From Fimicolochytrium jonesii (lineage: Eukaryota): a DNA stretch of 64,000 nucleotides. Every line of letters starts with the position of its first letter. The first letter of the stretch is position 1. Under the pieces are notes generated by a model that was not told where the DNA came from, made no database searches, and was given only the letters and a program-made list of their open reading frames with translations. The translations under genes and the position numbers were made by a program. This document shows, piece after piece, positions 32,701 through 45,226 of the stretch. The stretch spans positions 1,488,001-1,552,000 of the forward strand of contig NW_026515670.1 in assembly GCF_025526975.1 (NCBI RefSeq), given 5' to 3'.

Positions 32701-35700
32701 ACTGCAGCAAACGGTGGATCTGCTTGCGCCATACAAGCAGCTATGGGAAACGGCATCATCTTTCCAGACCGAGCACTCCCGATGGATGAACGGCGCATTC
32801 AGGGAGCTCAACGCGGAAGCGCTGGAGGAGAGCGTGCAATCTATGTTTCGTATTATGTTCAAGCTCACAAAGACGTTCTCGGAGGCGCCCGTGCCGCGGA
32901 AGGTTGCCGAGAGCGTCAAGAACCGTCTCGACAGGTTCAAAGCTCACTTACCTCTCATCAACGTTTTGCGGAACCCGGGCTTACGCGAGAGGCATTGGGA
33001 AGCTATGGGTGCCATTGTGGGGCAGTCGATCCGGCCAGACGAATCGACGAGTTTGACCAAAGTTCTGGAAATGAACCTGGAAGCTCATTTGCCGCAATTC
33101 GAAACAATATCGGACGCTGCTTCCAAGGAGTTTTCGTTGCAAAAGACACTTACGAAGATGCGCGACGAGTGGGAACCGCTCGTTTTCAATTGCATCGAGT
33201 ACAAAGACACTGGAACGCGGATCCTCTCGTCGCTGGAAGAAGTGCAGGCGTTGTTGGATGACCAGATCGTGAAAGTACAGACGATGCGTGGCTCTCCGTT
33301 TGTCAAGCCCATCGAAGAGGAGGTCAAGACGTGGGAGACCACTCTCGTGACCATTCAGGAAATCATCGACTCATGGCTGAAAGTGCAAGCAACGTGGCTC
33401 TACCTTGAGCCCATCTTCACGAGCGAAGATATCATGGCCGCCATGCCGACGGAAGGGAAGAAGTTCCGCATAGTCGACAAAACGTGGCGCGAGATCATGG
33501 CCAACACTGCTGAGAATCCGAAAATCTTGTCGGTCGCGAATATCCCCGGAATGCTCGCCCGGCTCAACGAAAGCAATGTGCTGTTAGAGGACATTCAGAA
33601 AGGATTGAACGATTATCTGGAGAAGAAGCGGCTATTTTTCCCTCGATTCTTCTTCCTGTCGAACGACGAGCTTCTGGAGATCCTGGCCGAGACAAAGGAT
33701 CCACTTCGAGTGCAGCCTCACCTGAAAAAGTGTTTCGAGGGCATTGCAAGCCTAACGTTCCAAGATAACACTCGCATCATCGCCATGTGCTCCAGCGAGG
33801 GAGAGCGTGTGCGTTTGAAGGACGTTATCGAACCAGCACTTGCGAAAGGCGCCGTTGAGAAATGGCTGCTGCAGGTGGAGAAGGTCATGCAGGCGTCGGT
33901 GCATCAGCAAGTCAGCAACGCCTTAAAAGCATATCAAGAAACCCCCCGGTCCAAATGGGTCTTGGAGTGGCCGGGTCAGGTAGTGATCTGCGTCAGTCAA
34001 ATCTTCTGGACAAAGGAAGTCACCGAAGCGATTCGCGAAGGCGGTGTCGCTGGTCTCAAGGCCTACAAGGAGCTCTGCACCAAGCAGCTGGAAGAGACCG
34101 TCGCACTTGTACGTGGAGACTTGAGTCCTATGGCACGTATGACTCTTTCAGCGTTGGTGGTCATTGACGTGCATGCCCGCGATGTTGTTGGTGAGCTCGA
34201 GGGCCAGGAGGTTAGTCAGGAGAACGACTTCGGGTGGCTGTCTCAACTCCGTTACTATTGGGAGCATGACGATGTGCAAGTGCGGATGATCAATGCGACT
34301 TTGAAGTACGGACATGAGTACCTCGGAAACTCACCTCGTTTAGTCATCACGCCCCTAACCGACCGTTGTTACCGAACGCTCATCGGTGCGCTGGATCTGA
34401 ATCTTGGAGGTGCGCCGGAGGGACCTGCCGGAACGGGCAAGACAGAATCGGTAAAGGACCTGGCAAAGGCTATAGCAAAAGCCTGTGTGGTTTTCAATTG
34501 CTCCGACGGACTCGATTACATTGCGATGGGGAAATTCTTCAAAGGATTGGCTTCGTCAGGTGCATGGGCTTGTTTCGACGAGTTCAACCGTATTGATCTG
34601 GAGGTGTTGTCCGTAGTAGCACAGCAGATTCTCACCATCCAGCGAGCGGTCGTCGCAAAATTGGAGAAGTTTGTCTTTGAAGGAACAACCATCTCGCTGA
34701 ACGTGGGCTGCTCAGTTTTCATCACTATGAACCCCGGATACGCTGGTCGTTCCGAGTTGCCGGACAATTTGAAAGCTTTGTTCCGGCCTGTCGCTATGAT
34801 GGTATATATTCTAGGGGACTTTTGAGACTGTGAATTGTTCAGTGGAAGCAGTGGACTCATTTCATTTTGATGAATAGGTTCCCGATTACGCTCTCATTGC
34901 CGAGATCTCCTTGTACTCGTACGGATTCGTTGAAGCCCGGACGCTGGCGCGCAAAATCGTCGCCACTTACAAGCTTTGCTCAGAGCAGCTTTCTTCGCAA
35001 GACCATTATGACTACGGTATGAGAGCCGTGAAAGCCGTTCTCACGGCGGCAGGCAACCTCAAACTGCGTTACCCGGGCGAAAACGAGCATATCATTATGT
35101 TGAGGTCCATCAACGATGTGAACTTGCCCAAATTCTTGACGCAAGACATCCCGCTGTTCAAGGCTATCAGTGCGGATCTATTCCCGCGCGTCGAGCTGCC
35201 GACCCCTGATTACCGCCATCTGATGGCGGCCATAACAGGCAATATGGCGAAGATGAACCTCCAGTCTGTCGACAGTGCGTTAGAAAAGATCATCCAGACG
35301 TACGAGATGATGTGCATTCGACATGGATATATGATTGTTGGGCAACCATGGTCGGGGAAGACAACCGCTTACCGAGTCTTAGCGGCCGCGCTGAACGATA
35401 TGGCCGCGAAAGGCCTCGGTGAGAAAAAGGTGGAATATCGCGTCATCAATCCAAAATCCATCACAATGGGACAGCTGTATGGACAATTCGACGCTGTAAC
35501 CCACGAATGGACGGATGGGGTTCTTGCCACCACATTCAGAGCGTTCGCTCAACAAGGCACAGCGGAGAGACGCTGGATCATCTTCGACGGCCCAGTCGAC
35601 GCCATTTGGATTGAGAACATGAACACGGTGCTTGACGATAACAAGAAACTGTGTCTGACAAGCGGTGAAATCATGACCATGTCGTCGACAATGAGTATGC

Positions 35701-38700
35701 AGTTCGAGGTGGCGGATCTCGCGGTTGCATCACCGGCTACTGTGTCGCGGTGCGGTATGATATACATGGAGCCCGACGCCCTCGGTTGGCGGCCGCTGAT
35801 GCTATCGTGGCTGGCAACGCTGCCATCGTCTATGGGGCCAGAGCAGAAGCTGTTGCTGGAATCTTTGTTCGATTGGATGGTCCCGCCATGCTTGGAATTC
35901 GTCCGCAAGGAATGCAAGGAGTTTGTGTCCGTCAGCTACATCAACTTGGCGGTCACGTTGATGAATCTTATCTCGTGCCAGATCGACGAGTTTGGAACGG
36001 AACAGAAGCCCATCGCGGAGATCATCCCACCCAACATCGCGGGACTATGGTTGCATTGTGTGTTCCTCTTTTCCGCTGTCTGGGCGTTGGGGGGCAGTAT
36101 CGATGGAGATTCTCGCAAGAAATTCGACCTGTTCTTCCGTCAGATCATGGAGGGCAACGATCAAGCGCGGCCGACGCCTCGCAACGTCAAGATCGACAAG
36201 CCGATCCCCTTGGGTGGAAGCATCTACGATTATGTTTTCGAGAAAGACCGAAAGTTTGGTGGGGCATGGAAGCTATGGACGGACACTATCGGCAAATTTG
36301 AGATTGCGCCGAAAAGCAAGTTCAACTCCATCACGGTGCCGACGGTCGACACAACGCGATACAGCTACCTGCTCGACCTCTTCGTCACGCATGGCAAGCA
36401 GGTGCTGTTCGTCGGGCCCACAGGGACGGGAAAGACAGTATACGTGAACAACAAGCTGCTTTCAGGCCTAGGAAAGGAGTACACTCCGGTCTTCATCAAC
36501 TTTTCGGCGCAAACGAGCGCGAATCAGGTGCAGGATATCATCTTGAGCAAACTCGACAAACGCCGACGAGGTGTCTTCGGGCCTCCCCATGGTCAGAAGT
36601 GTGTCATCTTCGTCGACGACCTCAACATGCCTGCCCGCGAAAAGTATGGCGCTCAACCCCCTATTGAGTTGCTGCGTCAGTGGATGGACATTGGAACCTG
36701 GTACGATCTCAAAGACACCTCGGCCATGCAATTGGTCGACATCCAGTTCATTGCGGCGATGGGTCCACCGGGCGGCGGTCGCAACGCAGTCACCAGCCGG
36801 TTCCTGCGACACTTCAACACGATTGGCATCACGACGTTCGAGGAAGCCACTATGAAGCAGATCTTTGCGACCATCGTCGATTGGCACTTGACGAGCAACG
36901 GGTTTGCGCCTGGTGTGGCGGCGCTGAAGGACAAACTGATCAGCTCGACGCTGGAGCTCTACAACACCGCTATCGCCAGTTTATTACCGACGCCTGCAAA
37001 ATCGCACTACGTTTTCAATTTGCGAGACTTTTCAAGAGTCGTGCAGGGGCTGCTCCTCGCAACCCCCGAAAGGTTCCCGGAGCCCCCGAAGATGATCCGA
37101 TTGTGGTGCCACGAGGTCTATCGAGTCTTTTACGACCGTTTAGTGGACGACGCAGACCGGTCCTGGTTCTTTACGACGGTAAAGGATCTGACTTCCCGCC
37201 ACTTCGGATCACGATTCGAAGATCTGTTCCAGCATCTTGATGCCAACAAGGACGGGAAAGTGGAGGATGACGATATGCGCTCGCTCATGTTTGGAGATTA
37301 CACACAGCCCGACGCTGCCGTTCGTTTCTACGAGGAAGTGATGGACGTGGCCAAAATCTCAGACGTCATCAAAGGCCGACTGGATGAGTATAACCAGATC
37401 ACCAAAGCGCCTATGAACCTCGTCATCTTCCGCTTCGCCATAGAGCATGTCTCGCGCATCGCTCGTATCCTGAAGCAGCCGGCGGGGCACGCGCTGCTTG
37501 TCGGCGTGGGTGGAAGCGGTCGGCAAAGCTTAACCAAGCTCGCGGCGTACATGGCCGAATACCAGCTCTTCCAAGTCGAGATCTCCAAATCGTACGGGAT
37601 GAACGAGTGGCGCGAGGATCTCAAAAAGATCCTCATCACAGCAGGAGGCAAAGGTGTACCTTCCGTCTTCCTCTTCAGCGACACCCAGCTACAGCTCGAA
37701 TCTTTCCTTGAGGACATCAACAACATGCTCAACGCCGGAGAAGTGCCCAACATCTTTCCGAGTGATGAGAAAGCCGCTGTGATCGAGCAAGTGCGCACGG
37801 TGTTAGTAAAAGATAACCCCAAGATGGACGCGTCGCCGGCGGCGCTGTACAGCCAATTCATCGCGCGGTGCAAGGAGAATCTGCATATCGTGCTGTGCAT
37901 GTCGCCAATTGGGGATGCGTTCCGCAATCGTTTGCGCATGTTTCCGTCGCTGGTCAACTGCTGCACCATCGATTGGTTCCAGGCGTGGCCTGAGGATGCC
38001 TTGGAAATTGTTGCGCTCAAGTTCTTGGAGGATGTCGAGCTGACGCCCGAGGTGCGCCCGGCCGTTGTCAAAATGTGCAAGGCCTTCCATACGGGGACAA
38101 GGGACCTTTCGCAGAAATACTATGAGGGTCTCAGGAGACACAACTACGTCACCCCGACCAGCTATCTTGAGCTCATCCAGACGTACAAAACGCTGCTGGA
38201 AGTCAAGCGGAAAGAAATCAACCAGCTCAAGGGGCGATACGTGACGGGACTCGAGCAGCTTGCAAGCGCGTCGAGCCAAGTAGGCACGATGCAAAAGGAG
38301 CTCAACGACCTGCAACCGCAGCTGGTGCAAACGCAAAAAGAAACCGACGCGCTGCTAATCGTAATCGAGCGTGAGAGCGTCGAAGTCGAGAAGAAGCGAT
38401 CGGTGGTGAAAGTCGACGAGGCGGCGGCAAACCTCAAGGCCGGGGAGGCCAAAGCCATCAAGGATGATTGCGAGGCTGATCTCGCGGAGGCTATCCCCGC
38501 GCTCGAAAGCGCTCTGGAGGCATTGGATACGCTGAAGCCACAGGACATCACCGTGGTGAAGAGTATGAAGAACCCGCCGGGAGGCGTGAAGCTGGTGATG
38601 GAAGCTATCTGCATCATGAAGGGGATCAAGCCCGCACGTATCAAGGACCCGGGGGGTAGCGGCAAGATGGTGGAGGACTACTGGGGCCCGGCGCAGAAGA

Positions 38701-41700
38701 TGTTGAGTGACTCGCATTTCTTGCAGTCTTTGAGGTCATATGATAAGGACAACATTGACCCAAAGATCATGGAAAAAATCCGAAAGATCTACATCCCCAA
38801 CCCCGATTTCGATCCTAACGTCGTCAAAAACTCGTCAGGGGCTGCTGAGGGTCTGTGCCGATGGGTACGAGCGCTGGACAAGTACGACGTGGTGGCAAAA
38901 GTAGTCGGGCCGAAAAAAGAGGCATTGGCCAAAGCCGAAGGGGAACTAGCGGTGGAGATGGCCACCTTACGGCAAAAGCAAGCCGAACTCAAAGAAGTCG
39001 AGGACAAGATGGCGGCACTAGAAAGCAATTTCAAAGAGATGACGCACAAAAAAGCGGACCTGGAAAGCCAGGTCGACCTCACCGGTAAGAAGCTCGTGCG
39101 TGCCGAGCAGCTCATCAGCGGGCTGGGCGGGGAAAAGGACCGCTGGACAGAGGCAGCGCACAGCCTCTCCGCGGTGTACAGCAATCTCACCGGGGACGTC
39201 CTCCTCGCGTCGGCCGTGATTGCCTACCTGGGCGCCTTCACGTCCGCGTACCGGCAAATGTGTCTCGGCGACTGGAATGTAACCTGCGTGGCGAGCGGGA
39301 TTCCGTGCTCAACAACCTTCAGTCTCGCCACGACGCTGGGTGACCCAATCCAGCTGCGGGCGTGGAGTTTAGCGGGTCTTCCCAACGATGCCTTCTCAGG
39401 CGACAACGGGATTATCGCAGCAAAGACACGTCGCTGGCCCTTGTTCATTGACCCGCAGGGCCAGGCGAACAAATGGATCAAGAACATGGAGAAAAACAAC
39501 CGGTTAGCGGTCATCAAGCTCTCCGACAGCGACTACGTGCGGACGCTCGAGAATGCGATCCAGTTCGGCACGCCCGTGTTGCTCGAGAATATCGCGGAAG
39601 AAGTTGACTCGGTGCTGGAACCGCTGCTGACCAAACAGATCTTCAAGCAGAGCGGAGTCATGTGTTTGCGGCTCGGGGAGGCTGTTATCGAGTACTCGCC
39701 CGATTTCCGGTTTTACATCACTACCAAGTTGCGGAACCCACACTACTTGCCCGAACTGTCGACAAAAGTCACTATAGTCAATTTCATGATTACTCCCGAA
39801 GGTCTGGAGGACCAACTGTTAGGAATTGTGGCGGCGAAGGAGCGACCGGAGCTGGAGGAGGAGAAGAACCGGCTGGTGATCTCCAGCGCGAACAATAAGA
39901 AGCAGCTGAAGGAGATTGAGGATACCATCTTGGCAATTTTGAGTAACTCACAGGGCAGCTTGCTGGAGGACGAGTCGGCGATCAACGCCCTGACGAGCTC
40001 GAAAGTGCTTTCGGATGACATTGCGCAGAAGCAGACTATTGCGGAGGAGACGGAGAAACAGATTGATTTGACCAGGCAGGGGTATAAGCCGATTGCGACG
40101 CACTCGTCGGTGCTGTTCTTCGTCATTGCCGAATTGGCCAATGTAAGTTCAAAGAACCTCTGCGAACATATTTTCTGCTATCATACTTTGAACGAGAACA
40201 TTGCTAACCAAAGAACCTCCATAGATTGAGCCAATGTACCAATACTCCCTTGCCTGGTTCATCAACATCTTCCTCCAATCCATCTCCGAATCTGAAAAAT
40301 CCGACAACCTCTCCCTCCGCCTCGACAGCCTCCGTTCCCACTTCACCTACGCTCTCTACTGCAACGTCTGCCGGTCGCTTTTCAAGCGCGATAAGCTCCT
40401 CTTCTCCTTCCTCCTCTGCGTCGGACTGATGCGCGGGCGGGGGGAGATCGACACTGACGAGTGGATGTTCTTCCTCACGGGCGGGGTCGGGATCGATAAG
40501 GAACTGCCTGCCAACCCGGCGGCAGAGTGGCTAAGCGATAAGAGTTGGGCGGATATGGTGCGGTTGTCGGCGTTTGAGTCATTCAAGGGGTTCAGCAACT
40601 CGGTGAGAGAGCAGGTGACGAGCTGGAAGGACATATACGACGCCGCGGACCCGCATAAGGAACCGTACCCCGGTGGGTGGGACCAGCGGTTGAGCGCGTT
40701 CCAGAAACTTGTGGTGTTGAGGATCCTGAGGCCGGATCGTGTGGTGTTGGGGATCATGGAGTTTGTAAGGGGACAGATGGGGCAGAAGTTTATTGAACCG
40801 CCGCAGTTTGATTTGACCGCGAGTTATGCGGACTCGAATCATTGTGCGCCGTTGATCTTTATCTTGTCGCCCGGGGCGGATCCGATGGCTGGGTAAGTTG
40901 AATGTGCAAGTTATCCGAAAAGTCTCAACATCAACGTGGTTTGTGATGCATGCTAACCATCTCGTTTCTTCGCGTCCTCCAGTCTCCTCAAATTTGCCGA
41001 AGCAAAAGGCTTCAGCGGCTCAAAACTCACCGCCATCTCCCTCGGCCAAGGCCAAGGGCCCGTCGCCGCTTCCATGTTGCGGGCCGGCGTGCGCACCGGC
41101 ACGTGGGTCGTACTCCAAAACTGCCACCTCGCAGTCTCCTGGCTCCCCACACTCGAAAAAATGTGCGAAGAACTCGTTCCCGAAACCACCCACCAAGATT
41201 TCCGCTTGTGGCTGACATCCTACCCGTCGGACCGGTTCCCCGTCACATTACTGCAGAACGGGGTCAAGATGACCAATGAGCCGCCTGCCGGGGTGCGCGC
41301 GAACCTGCTGAGAAGTTACACGAGCGACCCGATTAGTGATGAGGCGTTCTTCAAGGGTGTGAAGAAGAGCGCGGAGGGTGTGTGGGAGAAATTGCTGTTT
41401 GGGCTGTGCTTCTTCCACGCGCTTGTGCAGGAACGGAGGAACTTTGGACCGCTTGGGTGGAATATCCCGTATGAGTTCAATGAGAGTGATTTGAGGATTA
41501 GTACAAGGCAGTTGCAGAAGGTAAGGGCCCTCAACGTTCAGGGCGAACCACGCCTCTAATCCCCGGAGAACATTCCACTAATCTGTCGGTTATCGTCCCC
41601 AGTTCTTGAACGACTACGAGGAAACCCCCTGGAAGGCCCTTGTATACCTTGCCGGCGAATGTAACTACGGCGGGCGAGTCACCGACGACCGCGACCGTCG

Positions 41701-43073
41701 CACGCTCATGTCCATCCTCTCCATCTACTACACGCCCTCGATCCTCAACGACGACCACCGGCTCTCCACCTCCGGAATATACTTCGCGCCTCCAAAAGGA
41801 TCCCATGAGTCGTATCTCCACCACATCAAGAGCATGCCGATAGCAGCGCACCCGGAGGTGTTTGGGATGCACGAAAACGCGGACATTGCGAAGGATTTAG
41901 CCGAGACGAATCTGCTGATCGCGTCAGTGCTACTGACACAGGCGCGGAGCGGGGGTGAGGCGTCGAAGGGGGGCAAATCGAAGGACGAGATGTTGAGCGA
42001 GATTGCGGGAGGAATACTGGATACACTGCCTCCCGATTTCGACGTTCCTGCCGTCCAAAAGGCGTATCCGGTGAAATACGAGGAGAGCATGAATACAGTG
42101 TTGGTGCAGGAGCTTGTAAGGTTCAATCGGTTGCTGAAGATTGTGAGGGAGAGTCTGCAGAGCGTGATCAAGGCGGTAAAAGGGTTGGTGGTTATGAATA
42201 AGGAGTTGGAGGAGGTGGCAACGAGTTTGACGTTGGGAAAGATTCCGGAGATGTGGGCTGGGAAGAGTTATCCTTCATTGAAGCCTTTGGTAAGAAGCTC
42301 TATGCAACGCTTTTTTGTTTGCATTCGCAGGGACTGACTGTTCGATGGGCATCACGTTTCCAGGGAGGCTATGTGACGGACTTCCTCGCTCGGCTGAAGT
42401 TCTTCCAAGACTGGATTGACAAAGGCACACCCACAGTGTTTTGGATATCCGGCTTCTTCTTTACCCAATCCTTCCTCACCGGTAAGTGTTCTGGCTCATC
42501 GCCTCGCAACCGTATTCCGCCCTCACTCACGGTCCCACTCCCACACCCACCCAAAGGCACACTCCAAAACTACGCCCGCAAATACTCCATTCCCATCGAC
42601 CTTCTCACCATGTGCTTCACCGTCCTCACCGACACGCTCCCCACCTCGCCCCCCGAAGACGGTGTCTACATCCGCGGTCTCTACATCGAAGGGGCGCGGT
42701 GGGACCGGTCCACCAACCTTTTGGGCGAGCAATATCCGAAACAACTCACCGACGCAATGCCAGTGATCCTCATAACGCCGATGAACCAGGACGACCCGCA
42801 GCTGCAGGCGATGAGAGAAGGGGGGTATGAGTGTCCCATCTACAAGACGAGTATGCGGAGGGGGACGTTGAGTACGACGGGGCATTCGACGAATTTTGTG
42901 CTTAATATGTTTTTGCCGACTGATCGGCCGGCGAGGGATTGGGTTATCAAGGGGGTTGCGATGGTGGTAAGTAGTTGATTGCTGCGTTTGACATGTGAGC
43001 TCGCTATTCTTCAATTGCTCATCAGTCTGTGCAATCTTTCCCCTATTTGCAGCTACAACTGTCGGATGCCTAA
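29705..43073 (+). CDS. DNAH3: Axonemal inner-arm dynein heavy chain (DNAH3/7/12 group, most like DNAH3), multi-exon
   Basis: P-loops [24 protein letters not shown] and GVGGSGRQS, stalk/MTBD, N-terminal [18 protein letters not shown], last exon LQLSDA*. The 5' exons are approximate. Confidence 0.95.
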
Positions 43074-43644
43074 GACAAAGCGGCACTATGACATTTTGGG
43101 CAGCTCTTTTTGGGGACGTTTGTATATACCACATGGTTCTCTGTATTTGTGCATACTAGAGTGTATGATAGGAGGGGACATCTAATGTATTGATGTCTTG
43201 CAAAAATATCATGTCTACCTGCGAGATGATGAAAATTCCTAGACACTCCGTCTACTTGATAGACCTACCATGTCTAAACTGGACGTGCCGCTGATGGAGG
43301 AGAACTAAATCCGAAGGGTACTACTTCGAACCGCCACCATGTGCGGCGAAGTGAATATACTAAGCCCGATGTCAGCTCCTGGCAGTGCAGAGAACCGTTT
43401 TCGTATATATATGAAGGAACCTGTCGGAAAGATGAGGAGCCAAACTTGACAGCGCGTGTGCCGTCAAATATTGCGCCTTAGCATTTTCCTTTTCCTTATT
43501 TTGAGCACGGCGGGTGACTGAAGTTCAGGCAACACACAAGCCCGACGATGTATACTTCAACCGGCGACTAAACAATTCGTTGCAACTACATCTCTCTTAT
43601 CCTCCATCAGCTAGATTTGGAATTTTGGCCATAGCTATGTACCA

Positions 43645-44499
43645 TTATGCTGTGTTTAGAGAGTTATTTCGATAGGGCCCGGCTTGATTGACGTGCTAAA
43701 AAATATCAAGAGAAAGCAAGAGAAGCATAAGTCAATCTTTTGCGGTTGTGGGAATGCGGGCTTTCATTGGCTCTTACCTTGGTGAACTTGGATGATACGC
43801 CGTGAAACCCTACGGGCATCTCGTGAACCGTTGGATGCGACTTGCCATAGTCGCCGGATGTTGTCGAATAGAGTGGATGATGTCCTGGAATCTCATACCG
43901 CCACAATGCTTCATGGGGGAAGACGTTTCGTGGTCAGGGGACGGATCCGTGTACCAATGATTGCCAGAAGCGTCAATGGACACACCTGGCCTCTCAAACC
44001 GATGTGGCATATGCCCCGTTGTTCTATACATCTCCGACGTGTGCTGCTGCCATTTCTCCTTCTCCTCTACATGCCGTGGCAGCCTGGCTTCATGCCTGTG
44101 CCGCAATGCATCCAAATTCTCATCTCCCGCACCACCCGCAGGCCCTCCATCAAGATGATTATGATGCTCATGCCGATTCAACTCCGACCTAGCCCCGTGC
44201 AGAAGGATCTCCTGCTCCTCCTCAGCCTTCTCCAGCTCGACTCCCTCCAGAGCAAAGCTTTCTTCCACAAACGTCTCCTCCATCTCCTTCACAGCCCGGC
44301 GTTGGGCATTCAGCAGGTCTGAGTCCTCCTTTTGGATTCTGGCTTGTGCTTGGTCGAGCGATTTTTGCAGCGAAGCGAGCTCTTTGTGGATTTGGGGGAG
44401 TTGGAGGACGTTGTTGCGAGGAAAGGGCGGACGCTGATTCTGTGGTGGACCAAACTGGTCCGAGCCGGTGGAGACGACGCCGCCCGGAATTAGCGACAT
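43645..44499 (-). CDS. PIERCE1: PIERCE1/2-like (C9orf116/UPF0691) ciliary microtubule inner protein with N-terminal extension, 3 exons
   Basis: SEMYRTTGHMPHRFERP|..HPLYSTTSGDYGKSHPTVHEMPVGFHGVSSKFTK|HVNQAGPYRNNSLNTA*. Confidence 0.8.
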
Positions 44500-45153
44500 C
44501 TTTTTTACACGGGGCCTGGATATTCCAAGAGGCAATGAAAGTGAGTAAAGTGACCCAGAGACATAGCTGAAACATACACTTACGATTGCAATTACTATCC
44601 AAGCCCAGGGGTTTGCGAAGTGTGGCCTGAGTTGCGTTATGTGCAGGTGTGCGGGGCTCATGAGCGGAGTTATCCTGCTTATTCAATCGGCCTTAACGCG
44701 TAACGGGGAGACGCGAGGACCAGGAAGCATGAGACCTGCCCTTGAACGGAACTACACATACAGTAGAATTGCTGTAGAATCGGCGTAGACGCAATTTGTG
44801 TTGTGAATATGCGGTTTAGCGCGAGTCTCTGTCGTGAATCGTACTTGTTTGCGACGGGGGAATGATATGTACGCATGCATGATTGTGCTCCATCGTTAAC
44901 CGAACTACAGTATATCGCTAGAATGAACTATCTAGTTGTGGGATTCTGAGCTTTCCTACTCACGCCTAAAAACGATGAGATGCACGAGGATGTTTTTCAT
45001 GTTTTTCGTGCTTGTGGAACAGGATGCCCCGTAGGTACGCCCCCGAACTGAAATGTTGAAATGGAGGGGGCTATGGTTTGACTGTTCTTCCACGTACGCC
45101 GTACCTTACATGGCAATTCCGCAGTCTCCTCCCAAACGGAAAGCCAGACTTGA

Positions 45154-45185
<32 letters not shown>

Positions 45186-45226
45186 AACTGTGCATACCGC
45201 ACCGTGCATCGGCGAAATGATGACTT

